NCBI GenBank assembly: GCA_019057385.1
Contig: JAHQJS010000006.1
Span: 517,038 to 581,037 of the forward strand
Reading direction: 5' to 3'
DNA: 64,000 nt
DNA from: Candidatus Borrarchaeum weybense
Lineage (GTDB): Archaea; Asgardarchaeota; Sifarchaeia; Borrarchaeales; Borrarchaeaceae
The position numbers and the translations under genes are program-made. The notes below the pieces were generated by a model. The model saw only the letters and a program-made list of their open reading frames with translations. It was not told where the DNA came from and ran no database searches. How positions within the stretch are numbered: position 1 is the stretch's first letter; every line of letters starts with the position of its first letter. Below are positions 28,355 to 37,747 of the stretch, piece after piece.

Positions 28355-29809
28355 TTGAATAGAAATAACCCGATATCTTTAAAAGAACTCAACATGCATT
28401 CAGTTGAAAAAATGAAGAACCTGCTAAGTGAAATACTTCTATTTGTCGACGAACTTCGAGTTCAGCCACTAAGTCCTTTGGAAATCGCTGGTATTCCTCC
28501 CGAAGAACTTCGAGAATACCTAAAGCCAGGAAATGTCTTCACACTTGACAAAATCACGAGATTTTTTGAATTTGTACCAATTCTAGATCAAATTAGGCGT
28601 TTGAATGTTGACTACCCCACCATAGAGTCATTAATTAAATCTGGAAACTATGCCGATGCGTTTCAAATGATTATACCTCTTCTAAATGATTTTCATCAAG
28701 CCCTTTCATTAACCCTTCCAAAAATAAAAGATGAGAGTGTTCGCCTTTCACTAATGAAGTTTGTTACACATCTTTATGTGCCTGTATATGTATTGGCGGG
28801 GATTACTAGCGGTCTTTCTGGCAATTTAAATTTTGTATTGAGTAATTTCGAAAAATCGGTTGATTTATCATTGTTATTCCTCTCTAAGAAACGAAATTTC
28901 CATGCTGAGGCTGCCTATCTTTTAGCTAGAGCCATGTCTGCTTTAGAACATACCCCACAGAGAGAAGAATCAACCTTGCCATGGCAATCTATATTTCGAC
29001 TAAAACAGGCGATTATTTTATTTACAAATACACTTAGATTGGCTGAGGATTTTAATTTTCCATGGCTTCAAATAAAATGCCTCATTGGTATAGCTGATGC
29101 TTATTTTGATCTAAGGAGTTTTGAAGAGGCAGAATATATTCTTGAAGATGCGATCGAACGTGCAGAAGATATGAGCAAAGAGTTGATAGATGTCCTCTTG
29201 AATTATGGAGATGAGAGGTATCGTTTAGTTGACTCAGAAATTGCATCAATTTATCTTTCAAAAGCAGTTAGTACAGCGTTTGCCTTAAAAGATCTCAATC
29301 TCATCAGTAAAACGCTGACCAAACATGGAGACTCATCTAATATCGATGAGTATATTGAGCAAGCGATAGAGTTAGCGGAAAAGGCCGACCGGCGAGAGTT
29401 TGTAGTGCATTTCAAACTAATTAAAGAAAAACGAAAGATTCCACAAAAGCCGTTTAAATATTCTTTTAACAACTATACGGATGTAGGTGAACTACCCGAC
29501 GATCTTCAAAACTGGATGGTATTTTCACGGACTCATAAACTAGATGAAGATCAAAAAAATGTTCTGGTTGTTTGCTGGAATGGTAAACTTGGTTCTAATC
29601 TCGCAATATATGAAACTGAAGAGCGATTGAGGGATCTTCTTGCTGTTAAATCACTGAAAATGATTAGATTGGATGAAGGTGATTATAAAGTCAAGGATGC
29701 TCCCGATAGCCTAAAAAAAGAATATAGAATCCATGCACTGATTCAGCCAGGAAACGATGCCAAAATCAGTGTGAAAACAGAACAGGAAACATTTGTCATT
29801 TCCATCTAA
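28355..29809 (+). CDS. TPR-like helical repeat protein
   Basis: TPR-type segment CLIGIADAYFDLRSFEEAEYILEDAIERAE in a 484-aa ORF. Confidence 0.65.
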   Translation: MNRNNPISLKELNMHSVEKMKNLLSEILLFVDELRVQPLSPLEIAGIPPEELREYLKPGNVFTLDKITRFFEFVPILDQIRRLNVDYPTIESLIKSGNYADAFQMIIPLLNDFHQALSLTLPKIKDESVRLSLMKFVTHLYVPVYVLAGITSGLSGNLNFVLSNFEKSVDLSLLFLSKKRNFHAEAAYLLARAMSALEHTPQREESTLPWQSIFRLKQAIILFTNTLRLAEDFNFPWLQIKCLIGIADAYFDLRSFEEAEYILEDAIERAEDMSKELIDVLLNYGDERYRLVDSEIASIYLSKAVSTAFALKDLNLISKTLTKHGDSSNIDEYIEQAIELAEKADRREFVVHFKLIKEKRKIPQKPFKYSFNNYTDVGELPDDLQNWMVFSRTHKLDEDQKNVLVVCWNGKLGSNLAIYETEERLRDLLAVKSLKMIRLDEGDYKVKDAPDSLKKEYRIHALIQPGNDAKISVKTEQETFVISI

Positions 29810-29877
29810 ATTTGAAAAACCATCATCGAAAATGAAAATAAAAATAAAAAAAGTGTAGTGGCTTTAGGCACTGATTC

Positions 29878-30189
29878 TTAATCCTCGGATTCTTCCATTT
29901 CAAATTCTTCTTCAAAGTCTTCTGCGTCTATTGGTGCAGGCGCAGGGGTAGTAGCCATAGTCCAGCCGATCCATGCTGCAATAAGTAGGATAACTAAAAC
30001 AGCAATGTAAACTGGGATACGAATCGCCCAGATTGAGTTTTCAGCTGTCAAGAATGGAATCCATGCTGTAAGTCCGATACTAGGGAAGATTGGTAGTATA
30101 ATTGCCCAATACGAGTAGCCCAGAAGGATTAAGATCGATATAATAAAGATAATGCCTCCATAAGCTTTGTCCTTGGCCAGCTTTGTCAT
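29878..30189 (-). CDS. Small two-TM membrane protein, DPM2-like, with an acidic tail
   Basis: D..YG..I..IS..I..GY..W.IILP...F....AIRIP.......WIGWTM resembles the pattern of eukaryotic DPM2. Confidence 0.6.
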   Translation of the reverse strand: MTKLAKDKAYGGIIFIISILILLGYSYWAIILPIFPSIGLTAWIPFLTAENSIWAIRIPVYIAVLVILLIAAWIGWTMATTPAPAPIDAEDFEEEFEMEESED

Positions 30190-30263
30190 CTCCTTGTTTT
30201 CTTTTATTTGAGATCGGAAAGATCGTCTTTCTTTTTTTATTGGTTGGAAAGATCGTTTCTCCC

Positions 30264-30292
30264 TTGTTCATTTGCAATTTGTTCATTTGCAA
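30264..30292. repeat. Short tandem repeat TTGTTCATTTGCAA x2 upstream of the DPM2-like gene; GGAAAGATCGT also occurs twice at about 30216-30256
   Basis: Directly visible repeats. Confidence 0.6.
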
Positions 30293-30497
30293 CTGTTTTA
30301 AGTCCATCATTCACAAAACAATATTAAAAAGTATCGATTTTTGAGATCTCTACTGTTTTAGTCAGATCCAGAAAGAGAGTTTGTGAAAACAGTTAGTTAT
30401 AACAAGAATGTTTAGTTGCCAATTTTCTACCTAAAAGTAACATTATAAAAAACAATCCAAATATTATTTTTACAAAAATTCCTAATAACTGATAGTA

Positions 30498-32192
30498 TTG
30501 GAGGTTATTCTATTGTCTGAGAAGGAAAATCTATTTAATACCCTTCTTAATTCCGTACAATCCCTTAAATCACCTTATACTCAAGCAATTACGTTAACGC
30601 ATATTTCTGAACAATTTTTAAAAATGAATGATACAAGAAGTGAAGAGTTTTTTAATCAAGCACTCAGTATTGCGGAACAGATGCCTAATAATTTAGAACA
30701 ACTTGACGTAATGCAAAATCTGATAGGCACTGCAGTTAGCGCAGTTAGAGCTACAAATGATATTGAAAAAATTGAAACAACAATAAATATTGCCAAATCA
30801 ATATATCTCCCTTATAACAAGTTCTATAATCTTGTAGATATTCTTAAGGTATTTTTTCATCTCATAGGAAAAGACAAAACGCTGAAGCTTATTAACGACG
30901 ATATATTGCCGGCAATTGATGAAATTACCAGTAAATCGTATCGGTTTGAGATTTTAAGCGAAATTATTACTGTTTTAAGCGATATGAGCGCTGCTTTCAA
31001 TGATATTGAATTAATTAACCAAGCACAACAGAATCTTGATCTAATAGAAGTATCCTCATTCTACTATATCGCTTTAATCTCGATTGCAAAGGCATTTTTG
31101 AGTTATGCTGAAGCTAATCAGGATCAACATTGGATTTCAAATGCTCTTGAATCTCTGATGAAATTACCTGAAATGTCCTCGCTTACGACTGCACTTATTG
31201 ATGTATCAATTACCTTGCTAAGGATGAAAAATGAAAAACAAGCTGAAGAAATAATTGAAAAAGCAATTAATTATACTGAACAAATCGAGGAGTCTTCAAG
31301 ACAATCTGTTGCGCTTTCATACATTGCTAAAGCATTCATAAAATTTAATGAACCCAATAAGGCAAAACAGCAACTCTTAAGAGCTGTCGAAGCAGCGTAT
31401 ACTATAACAGATCAGAAATTGTTAAACTTGGCATGGCAAAGTATCATTGAAGCACTAAACGAACTAAGTTCCAGTGATAAACTCTCTTTAATTCAAAAGA
31501 TTGTTGAAGCAATTGAAAACTTATCAAACATTACACTACGTGCTTTTGCCTTTAATCACATAATTACAGCGCTCAACAATGGTGGTCAGAGTGCGAAATC
31601 ATTTTTTCAAGAAATACTACAAAAAGCTGTTGCTACAGTTAAATCTATTCGAAACAAATTAGTTCGCGAAACAGCAGCAATAACTCTTGCAGACATTTTG
31701 ATAGAAAAAAGTTCATCAATAACAGATATTTTTCTTGTGAACTTAATCTATGAGTTAGCGAAGGAAATAAAAGATCCGAAAAACTCAATTTATCTTCTTA
31801 TGGATATTGCGAAGATAGAACATTCACTTGAACGAAAAAAAGAGGTTAAAGATTTATTAGACGGCACGAGACCATTTTTAAATCTGATTTCTAACGTTTT
31901 TGAGCACTTCTACGCACTTCTTTATGTAGCGAAAGGATGTTCAGAACTCGGGCTTCAGGATAAATTTAACGATTTAATTGCAGAACTCACGGAATTAGTT
32001 AACGAAATCAAAGCACCAAAGGAACTTGCTATCGCTTTAACTACTATTGCAAAATTACTTGCCCATAGTAATGAAAAAAATCGTGCACAGTTATTGCTTT
32101 ATCAAGCATTAGAAGTCTCAAATGAACTTCCAAACGAACTTGAAAAAATGGGTGCGCTAACTGCTATAACAGAAGTTGTGTTATCTCTGTGA
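30498..32192 (+). CDS. Alpha-solenoid (TPR-like) repeat protein
   Basis: Repeats such as ALSYIAKAF..A...L..A..AA..I. The likely start is TTG at 30513 after GGAGG. The stop is supplied by an IS end. Confidence 0.75.
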   Translation: MEVILLSEKENLFNTLLNSVQSLKSPYTQAITLTHISEQFLKMNDTRSEEFFNQALSIAEQMPNNLEQLDVMQNLIGTAVSAVRATNDIEKIETTINIAKSIYLPYNKFYNLVDILKVFFHLIGKDKTLKLINDDILPAIDEITSKSYRFEILSEIITVLSDMSAAFNDIELINQAQQNLDLIEVSSFYYIALISIAKAFLSYAEANQDQHWISNALESLMKLPEMSSLTTALIDVSITLLRMKNEKQAEEIIEKAINYTEQIEESSRQSVALSYIAKAFIKFNEPNKAKQQLLRAVEAAYTITDQKLLNLAWQSIIEALNELSSSDKLSLIQKIVEAIENLSNITLRAFAFNHIITALNNGGQSAKSFFQEILQKAVATVKSIRNKLVRETAAITLADILIEKSSSITDIFLVNLIYELAKEIKDPKNSIYLLMDIAKIEHSLERKKEVKDLLDGTRPFLNLISNVFEHFYALLYVAKGCSELGLQDKFNDLIAELTELVNEIKAPKELAIALTTIAKLLAHSNEKNRAQLLLYQALEVSNELPNELEKMGALTAITEVVLSL

Positions 32193-32502
32193 GCTACCTC
32201 GTGCTCAAGCATCGAGGCTTCCTGCTTCTACGACAGACTCGATCCCCTTGACGGGTTACGGAGGTCTTATCTCCACAGGCTTAACATCTCTACGCCCCGT
32301 AGGTACTGCTAACGATGGGATACAATCGGAGTATGCACCTTGTCTACAAGTGTGCGTAGTAGCCCTCCAATTGTTGTTGATACCTTCCTCATTCCACCTA
32401 TATAACTTGAGGGAGGCCTCTCAATGCAAGTGTTGAAAGTGAATACTACTCACGCAATTCATCATCACGCTGAAGCTGTAGTGCTTTCTTGCTTAGCTAC
32501 TC
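32189..32502 (-). mobile_element. ORF-less IS200/IS605 derivative, inverted sister of 24537-24740
   Basis: Same left end and omegaRNA/right-end blocks (GTACCTACGGGGCGTAG..AAGCCTGTGGAGATAAGACCTCCG..GAGGTAGCTCAC). TTAC target at 32503-32506 on the minus strand. Confidence 0.85.
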
Positions 32503-32549
32503 GTAAACGACCCCACCCTAAAGGGAAGGGGTTTCCAGAGGCGAGAGTC
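32503..32549 (+). mobile_element. 47-bp IscB-type end-only mini element
   Basis: GTAAACGACCCCACCCTAAAGGGAAGGGG resembles the IscB left end. It is joined to CCAGAGGCGA, shared with the IscB right end, and followed by GTGA. Confidence 0.7.
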
Positions 32550-32557
32550 GTGAAGAA

Positions 32558-33721
32558 TCATAGCGTAGGACCAGCTCTCAAGATTGATAGTTCGTCAAGA
32601 CCCAAAATCTCTGCTTTGGTTTTCTTTCCAGAAGCAACAGCAATTAGTTCTTCAAATAGTTCCTTACCAGTTTCTTCAATGGTTTTCTTTCCTTGAACTA
32701 TTAGGGATCCGTCAATATCCATGATTTCTTCACTAATTTTTTGTGCATTCGGATTACCTGTCAATTTGAGAGTAGGTACTAACATAGATGCCGTCGGGAT
32801 TCCACGGCCAGTAGTTACAACCATTGCCTGAGCCCCAGCAGCAAACATACCTGTTATTGACTCGGGATCACGACCTGGAGTGTCCATAACGAGCAAACCT
32901 TTTTTTGATGGACGATATGAATAGTCTAAGACTTCCTGAAGTGGTGTGGAACCAGCTTTCTCAATTGCACCAAGTGATTTCTCCTCAATAGAACTTAGTC
33001 CTCCTGCAATGTTTCCAGATGTTGGTTGACTTCCTCGTATATCAACACCCATGTTCTTCGCGTTTTCCTCGAAACGATTTACGATCCGAATGAGATCATT
33101 AGCAACTTCTTCATTTACAGCTCTTCGCGCAAGAATATGTTCTGCGCCAATAATTTCTGTGGTTTCTGAAAGTATTACAGATCCACCTTCTGTGACGACC
33201 ATATCTGACATTACGCCTACAGCAGGGTTTGCTGCTATTCCAGATGTGGTATCACTTCCTCCGCATTGAAGTGCAATTATCAATCCACTAAGATCCATTG
33301 GTTCTCTTTGTAGTGTTGATGCTTTTCGAACCATTTCTTGAGCAATTGCAGAACCTTTTTCAATGCTCTTAAGCAGTCCACCCGAATCTTGAACGATCAT
33401 CCATTCTACTGGAAAATCACGCATAGATTTGATCTTTGCGGCGAGTTCGTTAGCGAGGACATTTTCGCATCCCCATCCAACAACTAGAATCGAAGCCAAA
33501 TTAGGGTGCGTTCCTAAACCGACTAAGGTTCGAACTGTTTGTTCATAGTCAGCCCCAATTTGAGCACATCCCTCTCTGTGAGTTATAGGAAGTGTGCCAT
33601 CCACCGCATCTGTAATCTTTTGTACAACACTATTCGCGCAGGTAACACTCGACATAACACCGACATAGTTCCGGATACCAACCCGACCATCCTCTCTTTT
33701 GTATCCCCAAAATTCCGCCAA
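32558..33721 (-). CDS. UxaA family dehydratase/lyase large subunit (altronate/galactarate dehydratase or SuyB-like)
   Basis: GYKREDGRVGIRN, HPNL..VGWGCE, LQCGGSD..SG..ANP, GGLSSIEEKSLG, TTGRG. Confidence 0.9.
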   Translation of the reverse strand: MAEFWGYKREDGRVGIRNYVGVMSSVTCANSVVQKITDAVDGTLPITHREGCAQIGADYEQTVRTLVGLGTHPNLASILVVGWGCENVLANELAAKIKSMRDFPVEWMIVQDSGGLLKSIEKGSAIAQEMVRKASTLQREPMDLSGLIIALQCGGSDTTSGIAANPAVGVMSDMVVTEGGSVILSETTEIIGAEHILARRAVNEEVANDLIRIVNRFEENAKNMGVDIRGSQPTSGNIAGGLSSIEEKSLGAIEKAGSTPLQEVLDYSYRPSKKGLLVMDTPGRDPESITGMFAAGAQAMVVTTGRGIPTASMLVPTLKLTGNPNAQKISEEIMDIDGSLIVQGKKTIEETGKELFEELIAVASGKKTKAEILGLDELSILRAGPTL

Positions 33722-33737
33722 AACTATGCCTCCTTAG

Positions 33738-34028
33738 TTATAGGTCACCTCTACCTCTTAAACTCTCAATGTTCTGAATATGTGCATGTTCTCCGATAGT
33801 AATAGGGGCTGTTGCTCGTCCAATTACTTCGCCATATTTGATTATTTCGTCACCTTCTGTGATCGACTTAACGGCGAATTTGTGACCAAATTTAATGTCG
33901 TTTATTACAGTCACTTTATCTTCTGAATCCCCCATTCTTACAATAACGATATCTCCTGCCTTAACGTCTGATATTAAAGTTGCTACGTTATCTTTTTCGT
34001 TAATAACAATTGCACGCTTTTCTGACAA
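33738..34028 (-). CDS. SAF-domain small subunit of a UxaA-family enzyme
   Basis: DNVAT..IKFGHKFA..I..G..IIKYGEVIGRA...I..GEHAH..N. Confidence 0.9.
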   Translation of the reverse strand: MSEKRAIVINEKDNVATLISDVKAGDIVIVRMGDSEDKVTVINDIKFGHKFAVKSITEGDEIIKYGEVIGRATAPITIGEHAHIQNIESLRGRGDL

Positions 34029-34188
34029 AAAAACTCCTCCTGTATAAGATTATTTTCTACATTATACCAATTTAACAGACTTTGAATGCATTTCAAACTA
34101 TTATTATTAAATAAATTATGCTTAAGTCTTCAAAATAACTTACATTTTTTTAAATTTAAATTGAGTTTTTCTGGTTTGAGGTGATCTT

Positions 34189-34590
34189 ATGGGTGAAAAA
34201 TCAAAGAATGGATATTTGGATTTCGAAATTGATCTTAAACTTAAGGAGTCTCCATTTCAGTTTGAAGTGGATTTCAAGGTGCCAGAAGTAGAAAAATTTG
34301 TTGTTGATGAACCACCAGACACTGGAGGCGAAGGTAAGGGATCAAATGCATCACGCCTTCTTGCATCGGCAACAGGATTCTGTTTAAGTGCAAACCTTGC
34401 TTTTTGAATGAGAAAATCGAGATTAGAAGTTGAAGATCTGAAAACAAAAGCACGTGATACCATCGTGCGAAATGAGGAAGGATATTGGAGAATATAAAGC
34501 ATTCAGGTGGAGGTTTCTCCCACTATTAATCCTGAAGAGGAGACTAGCAAGATCGAAAGATGCAAAGAAATATTCGAAAAATTTCTCAAA
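34189..34590 (+). pseudogene. OsmC/Ohr-family peroxiredoxin-like gene, disrupted
   Basis: DEPP..GG.G.G..ASRLL..A.G.CLSA.L.F, then TGA (34405-34407) in frame with MRKSRL..RNEEGYWRI, then TAA (34495-34497), then ..ERCKEIFEKF without the usual following Cys segment. Confidence 0.7.
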
Positions 34591-34619
34591 AATTTATCAT
34601 TTCTCCGCAAGAAGATCCC

Positions 34620-34979
34620 CTATTCCTTTAATTTCTCTTTTCTCGATTTAGGAAAACAAGTAAGTTCTGGTTTATTCCTTAAAGTTATACAGACTTCACA
34701 TATGTTTTGTGCGACTTCTGATATTTTTTGTTCATCACCTTTATATTTCATGAAAAACTCTTCAATTGAGTTAATTAACTCTTCATCTTTGCTGAAATCA
34801 GTTAATCCACGTTGTTCTTTGATGTATCTTGAAATAGCAGACTGAGTAAGCCCGAGTTTTTTTGCTGCTTCTTCTTGTGTCATACCCTGGTTTTCGACAA
34901 GTTCTTTCGCGAGAAAGGCACGAATCATTGGTAAAATATATTTCACAATCGTTTCACATGGAGGGCGCAAGTGTATCAC
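34620..34979 (-). CDS. Archaeal HTH (XRE-like) transcriptional regulator
   Basis: PPCE....ILP.IR..LA.EL....GMTQEEAAKKLGLTQSAISRY....RG, with a C-terminal CxxC. Confidence 0.85.
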   Translation of the reverse strand: MIHLRPPCETIVKYILPMIRAFLAKELVENQGMTQEEAAKKLGLTQSAISRYIKEQRGLTDFSKDEELINSIEEFFMKYKGDEQKISEVAQNICEVCITLRNKPELTCFPKSRKEKLKE

Positions 34980-35085
34980 TCTTCCTTTTTATTAGGATAG
35001 CAATGATAGTATTCATTTATGCCTATGACATATAAATGGTTCTATTTGACTATACTTATTTTTCTTTCTCCAACAAATGTGTTGC

Positions 35086-35420
35086 GTGAACTACCTCACG
35101 CTAAAGCAGTGAGGCTTCCTGTTTCTGCGACCATTTGCCTTAACGTAGGCTATCTGATTCAGATACTCCAACGCTAACGTAGAGGTATTAGTCTCCGCAG
35201 GCGTGACTTCGGTAGGTCCCCTACCTAGGGTTTTATATGCTTCGTGTTCTAGTACACAACTGCTGTTATAATCACGGTCTATCACCAAACCGCAGTGATG
35301 ACACACATAGGTGCGTTCGGCTAAACTCAACAAAACTTATTAAGAAGTTTGAAACGTAATATTTTGACCCAATTCATCTCTAGGCTCAAGCTATGGGGCT
35401 TTCTTTTGTCTTAACATTTA
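35086..35420 (-). mobile_element. Internally deleted IS605/tnpB element with left end, tnpB 3' fragment and right end
   Basis: On the minus strand: TTAC target, then AAAGCCCCATAGCTTGAGCCTAGAGATGAATTG (left end), the fragment LSLAERTYVCHHCGLVIDRDYNSS (TnpB Zn finger/RuvC-III), and GAGGTAGTTCAC (right end). Confidence 0.82.
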
Positions 35421-35525
35421 GTAATAACAAAGCTTTTTACAGTTTGGTGAATACTTATATTGTAATTGTCAAATAAATTATAAATCATCACAATACAAGT
35501 ACAAATTCTTAGAAGGGGAAAACAA

Positions 35526-36785
35526 ATGGCAGATAACCCTAAAAAAGAAGAGAAGGATGAACTTGAGGAGAATGAGTCTAGTTTTGTTATGCTCTCCAAT
35601 TCGCTTGCTCAGATATTCAAAGATTTTCATGATAACCAAGTAACACTTACAAAAGAGCATGACGCTCTAACTAAAGATGTCTCGTCTCTTGATAAAAATT
35701 ATGCGAGCCTTTCAAAGGATATTACAAAATTGAATAAGGATGTTCTTGATAGTTTAAAAGAACTTAAAAAAAGTACTGAGACGGATGCAAAGAAATCAAT
35801 TGAAAGTCTTGAAGCACTAAATGAGCTAATCAGCAATGTTACTTCAACAATTGAAGCTAAACTTGAAGATACAAGCAATAGTAGTTTACAGGCGCTAGAA
35901 GTTAATAAGGAAGAACTTATTCAAAATATAGGGATATTAAAAGAGTTTATTTCCAGCAATGTTGAAACTATGATTACTGAAACAAAGAATACAAAAGAAA
36001 TTGTTCAAGAGCAGATTGATGCGTTGCCAACTTCCGTAGATGAAGTTCTACAACAAATGAAACAAGATTATTCAGCTAGATTTGAAAAGCTTGAAAAAGA
36101 CTTTGCCGAAGTAATGACACCTCTAAATGAAAGAGTTGATAATATAAAGAGTACACAGGAAACATTGACGGAACATGTTACAGATTTACATGCTGAATTA
36201 GCTAAGTCAGTTACTGAGAACAAAGAAACTTTTGTTGAAAAGTTTAATACCCAATCTGAAATTATAACAGAAATGAGTCAGAATTCTACCGAAAAACTAG
36301 GAGTAATTGGTTCAGAAGTTGAAAAACTGAAGATCGCGTACTTTGATAGTGTGATTGGACAATTCGATGGTCTCTCAAAACGCATAGGTGAACTGGAGAC
36401 AGCAATTAATGAACTAAATAAACGGGATACGACGCCTCCCACAGAGCTTATGAGTCGCTTGGAAGCAATTGAAAGAATAATTTTACCAAGAAGTGACTTT
36501 GAGAATAATATCGAGGCACTAACCAAGAACCTCTCTAAACAATTAAGTGCCATAAAAGTTGCAATGATCCGCGCATTTCCGGAAATAGAGGGTAAAAAAG
36601 AGGACGTAGTTGAGGAAGACGAAGAGGAAACAGAAGAAGAGGAAACAGAAGGAGAAGAGGAAACAGGAGAAGAGGAAACAGAAGGAGAAGAGGAAACAGA
36701 AGGAGAAGAGGAAACAGAAGGAGAAGAGGAAACAGAAGACACTCCTACAAAAACACGACGTGGCAGATCAAGAAGAACTAGTTAA
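35526..36785 (+). CDS. Long coiled-coil protein with acidic EEETEG repeats and a basic C-terminal tip
   Basis: 419-aa heptad-rich ORF ending ..EEETEGEEETEDTPTKTRRGRSRRTS. Confidence 0.8.
   Translation: MADNPKKEEKDELEENESSFVMLSNSLAQIFKDFHDNQVTLTKEHDALTKDVSSLDKNYASLSKDITKLNKDVLDSLKELKKSTETDAKKSIESLEALNELISNVTSTIEAKLEDTSNSSLQALEVNKEELIQNIGILKEFISSNVETMITETKNTKEIVQEQIDALPTSVDEVLQQMKQDYSARFEKLEKDFAEVMTPLNERVDNIKSTQETLTEHVTDLHAELAKSVTENKETFVEKFNTQSEIITEMSQNSTEKLGVIGSEVEKLKIAYFDSVIGQFDGLSKRIGELETAINELNKRDTTPPTELMSRLEAIERIILPRSDFENNIEALTKNLSKQLSAIKVAMIRAFPEIEGKKEDVVEEDEEETEEEETEGEEETGEEETEGEEETEGEEETEGEEETEDTPTKTRRGRSRRTS
36621..36738 (+). repeat. Coding minisatellite GAAGAGGAAACAGAAGGA (18/15-bp units, about 7 copies)
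   Basis: Directly visible; encodes EEETEG/EEETE/EEETG units. Confidence 0.9.
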
Positions 36786-36822
36786 TCTTGAAGTCAAAGA
36801 TTTTATTTAGGCAAGAATAGAA

Positions 36823-36868
36823 GTCAATTACCCCTCCCTGACGGAAGGGGTCTTCTCGCTGATATCAA
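36823..36868 (+). mobile_element. 46-bp IscB-type end-only mini element
   Basis: GTCAATTACCCC.CCCT..GGA.GGGG matches the IscB left end (first 12 nt identical). Followed by ATAAA. Confidence 0.7.
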
Positions 36869-37089
36869 ATAAATTCTAAGAATTTACTCTTCATTATTTT
36901 TTATTGCTTAGCTGAAAAAGAGATTCCCTTAGGTGCAGAACGGTACTACAGTATTTAGAAACTTTGAGAATTATGATGATAGATCTTTAACATTTCAGGT
37001 GTATCGACATTTAAGTTTAAAAAGGCAACTTACTACACATCTCAATTAAGGAATCTTATCACATGTAACAAACTTCAATCATATTCGAG

Positions 37090-37737
37090 GTGAATGATGT
37101 GATTATAACTAGCAAAAAAAACATTGAAGACATTTTAGAAATGTTAAAACCCTATAATAAGATTTTCGTGGGTGGCTGTGGCACTTGTGCAACAAGCTGT
37201 ATGACTGGTGGCGAAGAACAGGTCAATGAAATGGTTGAACTTCTTGGCGATCGCGCTGTTGCTGGCTATGTGTTTGAGGAACCTTGCGATATTAGGCTGG
37301 TCAAACGCGACTTGAAAGAAGTAAAAGATAAGATCGAAGAAGCAGAAGTTATTTTGGAACTTAGCTGTGGCGCAGGCGCTCAGGTTGTATCAGAGGCTAC
37401 TGAAAAATTTGTCTTGCCTGGTTGTGATACTATTTTTCTTGGCGAAACCATAAGGATCGGACGCTTCCAAGAACTGTGTAAGATGTGCGGTGAATGTGTA
37501 CTTCATGAAACTGGTACTATCTGTCCTCTAACTCGTTGCGCGAAAGGACTAATTAATGGTCCTTGCGGAGGTTATGCAGAAGGAAAATGTGAAGTCGGAA
37601 ACTACGAAAACGACTGTGCATGGTGTCTGATCTATGAACAACTCAAGAAATTTGATAGGCTTGATTTGTTTGTGAAACCGACGTTACCACGTGACTGGAG
37701 CATTAAATCATCACCACAAAAGATTATGTTGCGATGA
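37090..37737 (+). CDS. metV: Methylenetetrahydrofolate reductase Fe-S/Zn subunit (MetV-like)
   Basis: GCGTCATSC.TGG, LSCGAG.Q, CKMCGEC.L..TG.ICP...CAKGLINGPCGG...KCEV....CAW. Confidence 0.88.
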   Translation: MNDVIITSKKNIEDILEMLKPYNKIFVGGCGTCATSCMTGGEEQVNEMVELLGDRAVAGYVFEEPCDIRLVKRDLKEVKDKIEEAEVILELSCGAGAQVVSEATEKFVLPGCDTIFLGETIRIGRFQELCKMCGECVLHETGTICPLTRCAKGLINGPCGGYAEGKCEVGNYENDCAWCLIYEQLKKFDRLDLFVKPTLPRDWSIKSSPQKIMLR

Positions 37738-37747
37738 GGTGAAGAAA

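Noticed and set aside
32176-32696. ORFs 32176-32436 and 32424-32696
   Set aside because: They are translations of the nested IS derivatives and of antisense uxaA sequence.
34189-34590. OsmC gene as an intact selenoprotein or an intron-containing gene
   Set aside because: It has a second in-frame TAA and a missing C-terminal Cys region. There is no inserted sequence or BHB at either stop.
36621-36738. 18-bp repeats as a CRISPR array
   Set aside because: There are no spacers; they are in-frame coding repeats (EEETEG).
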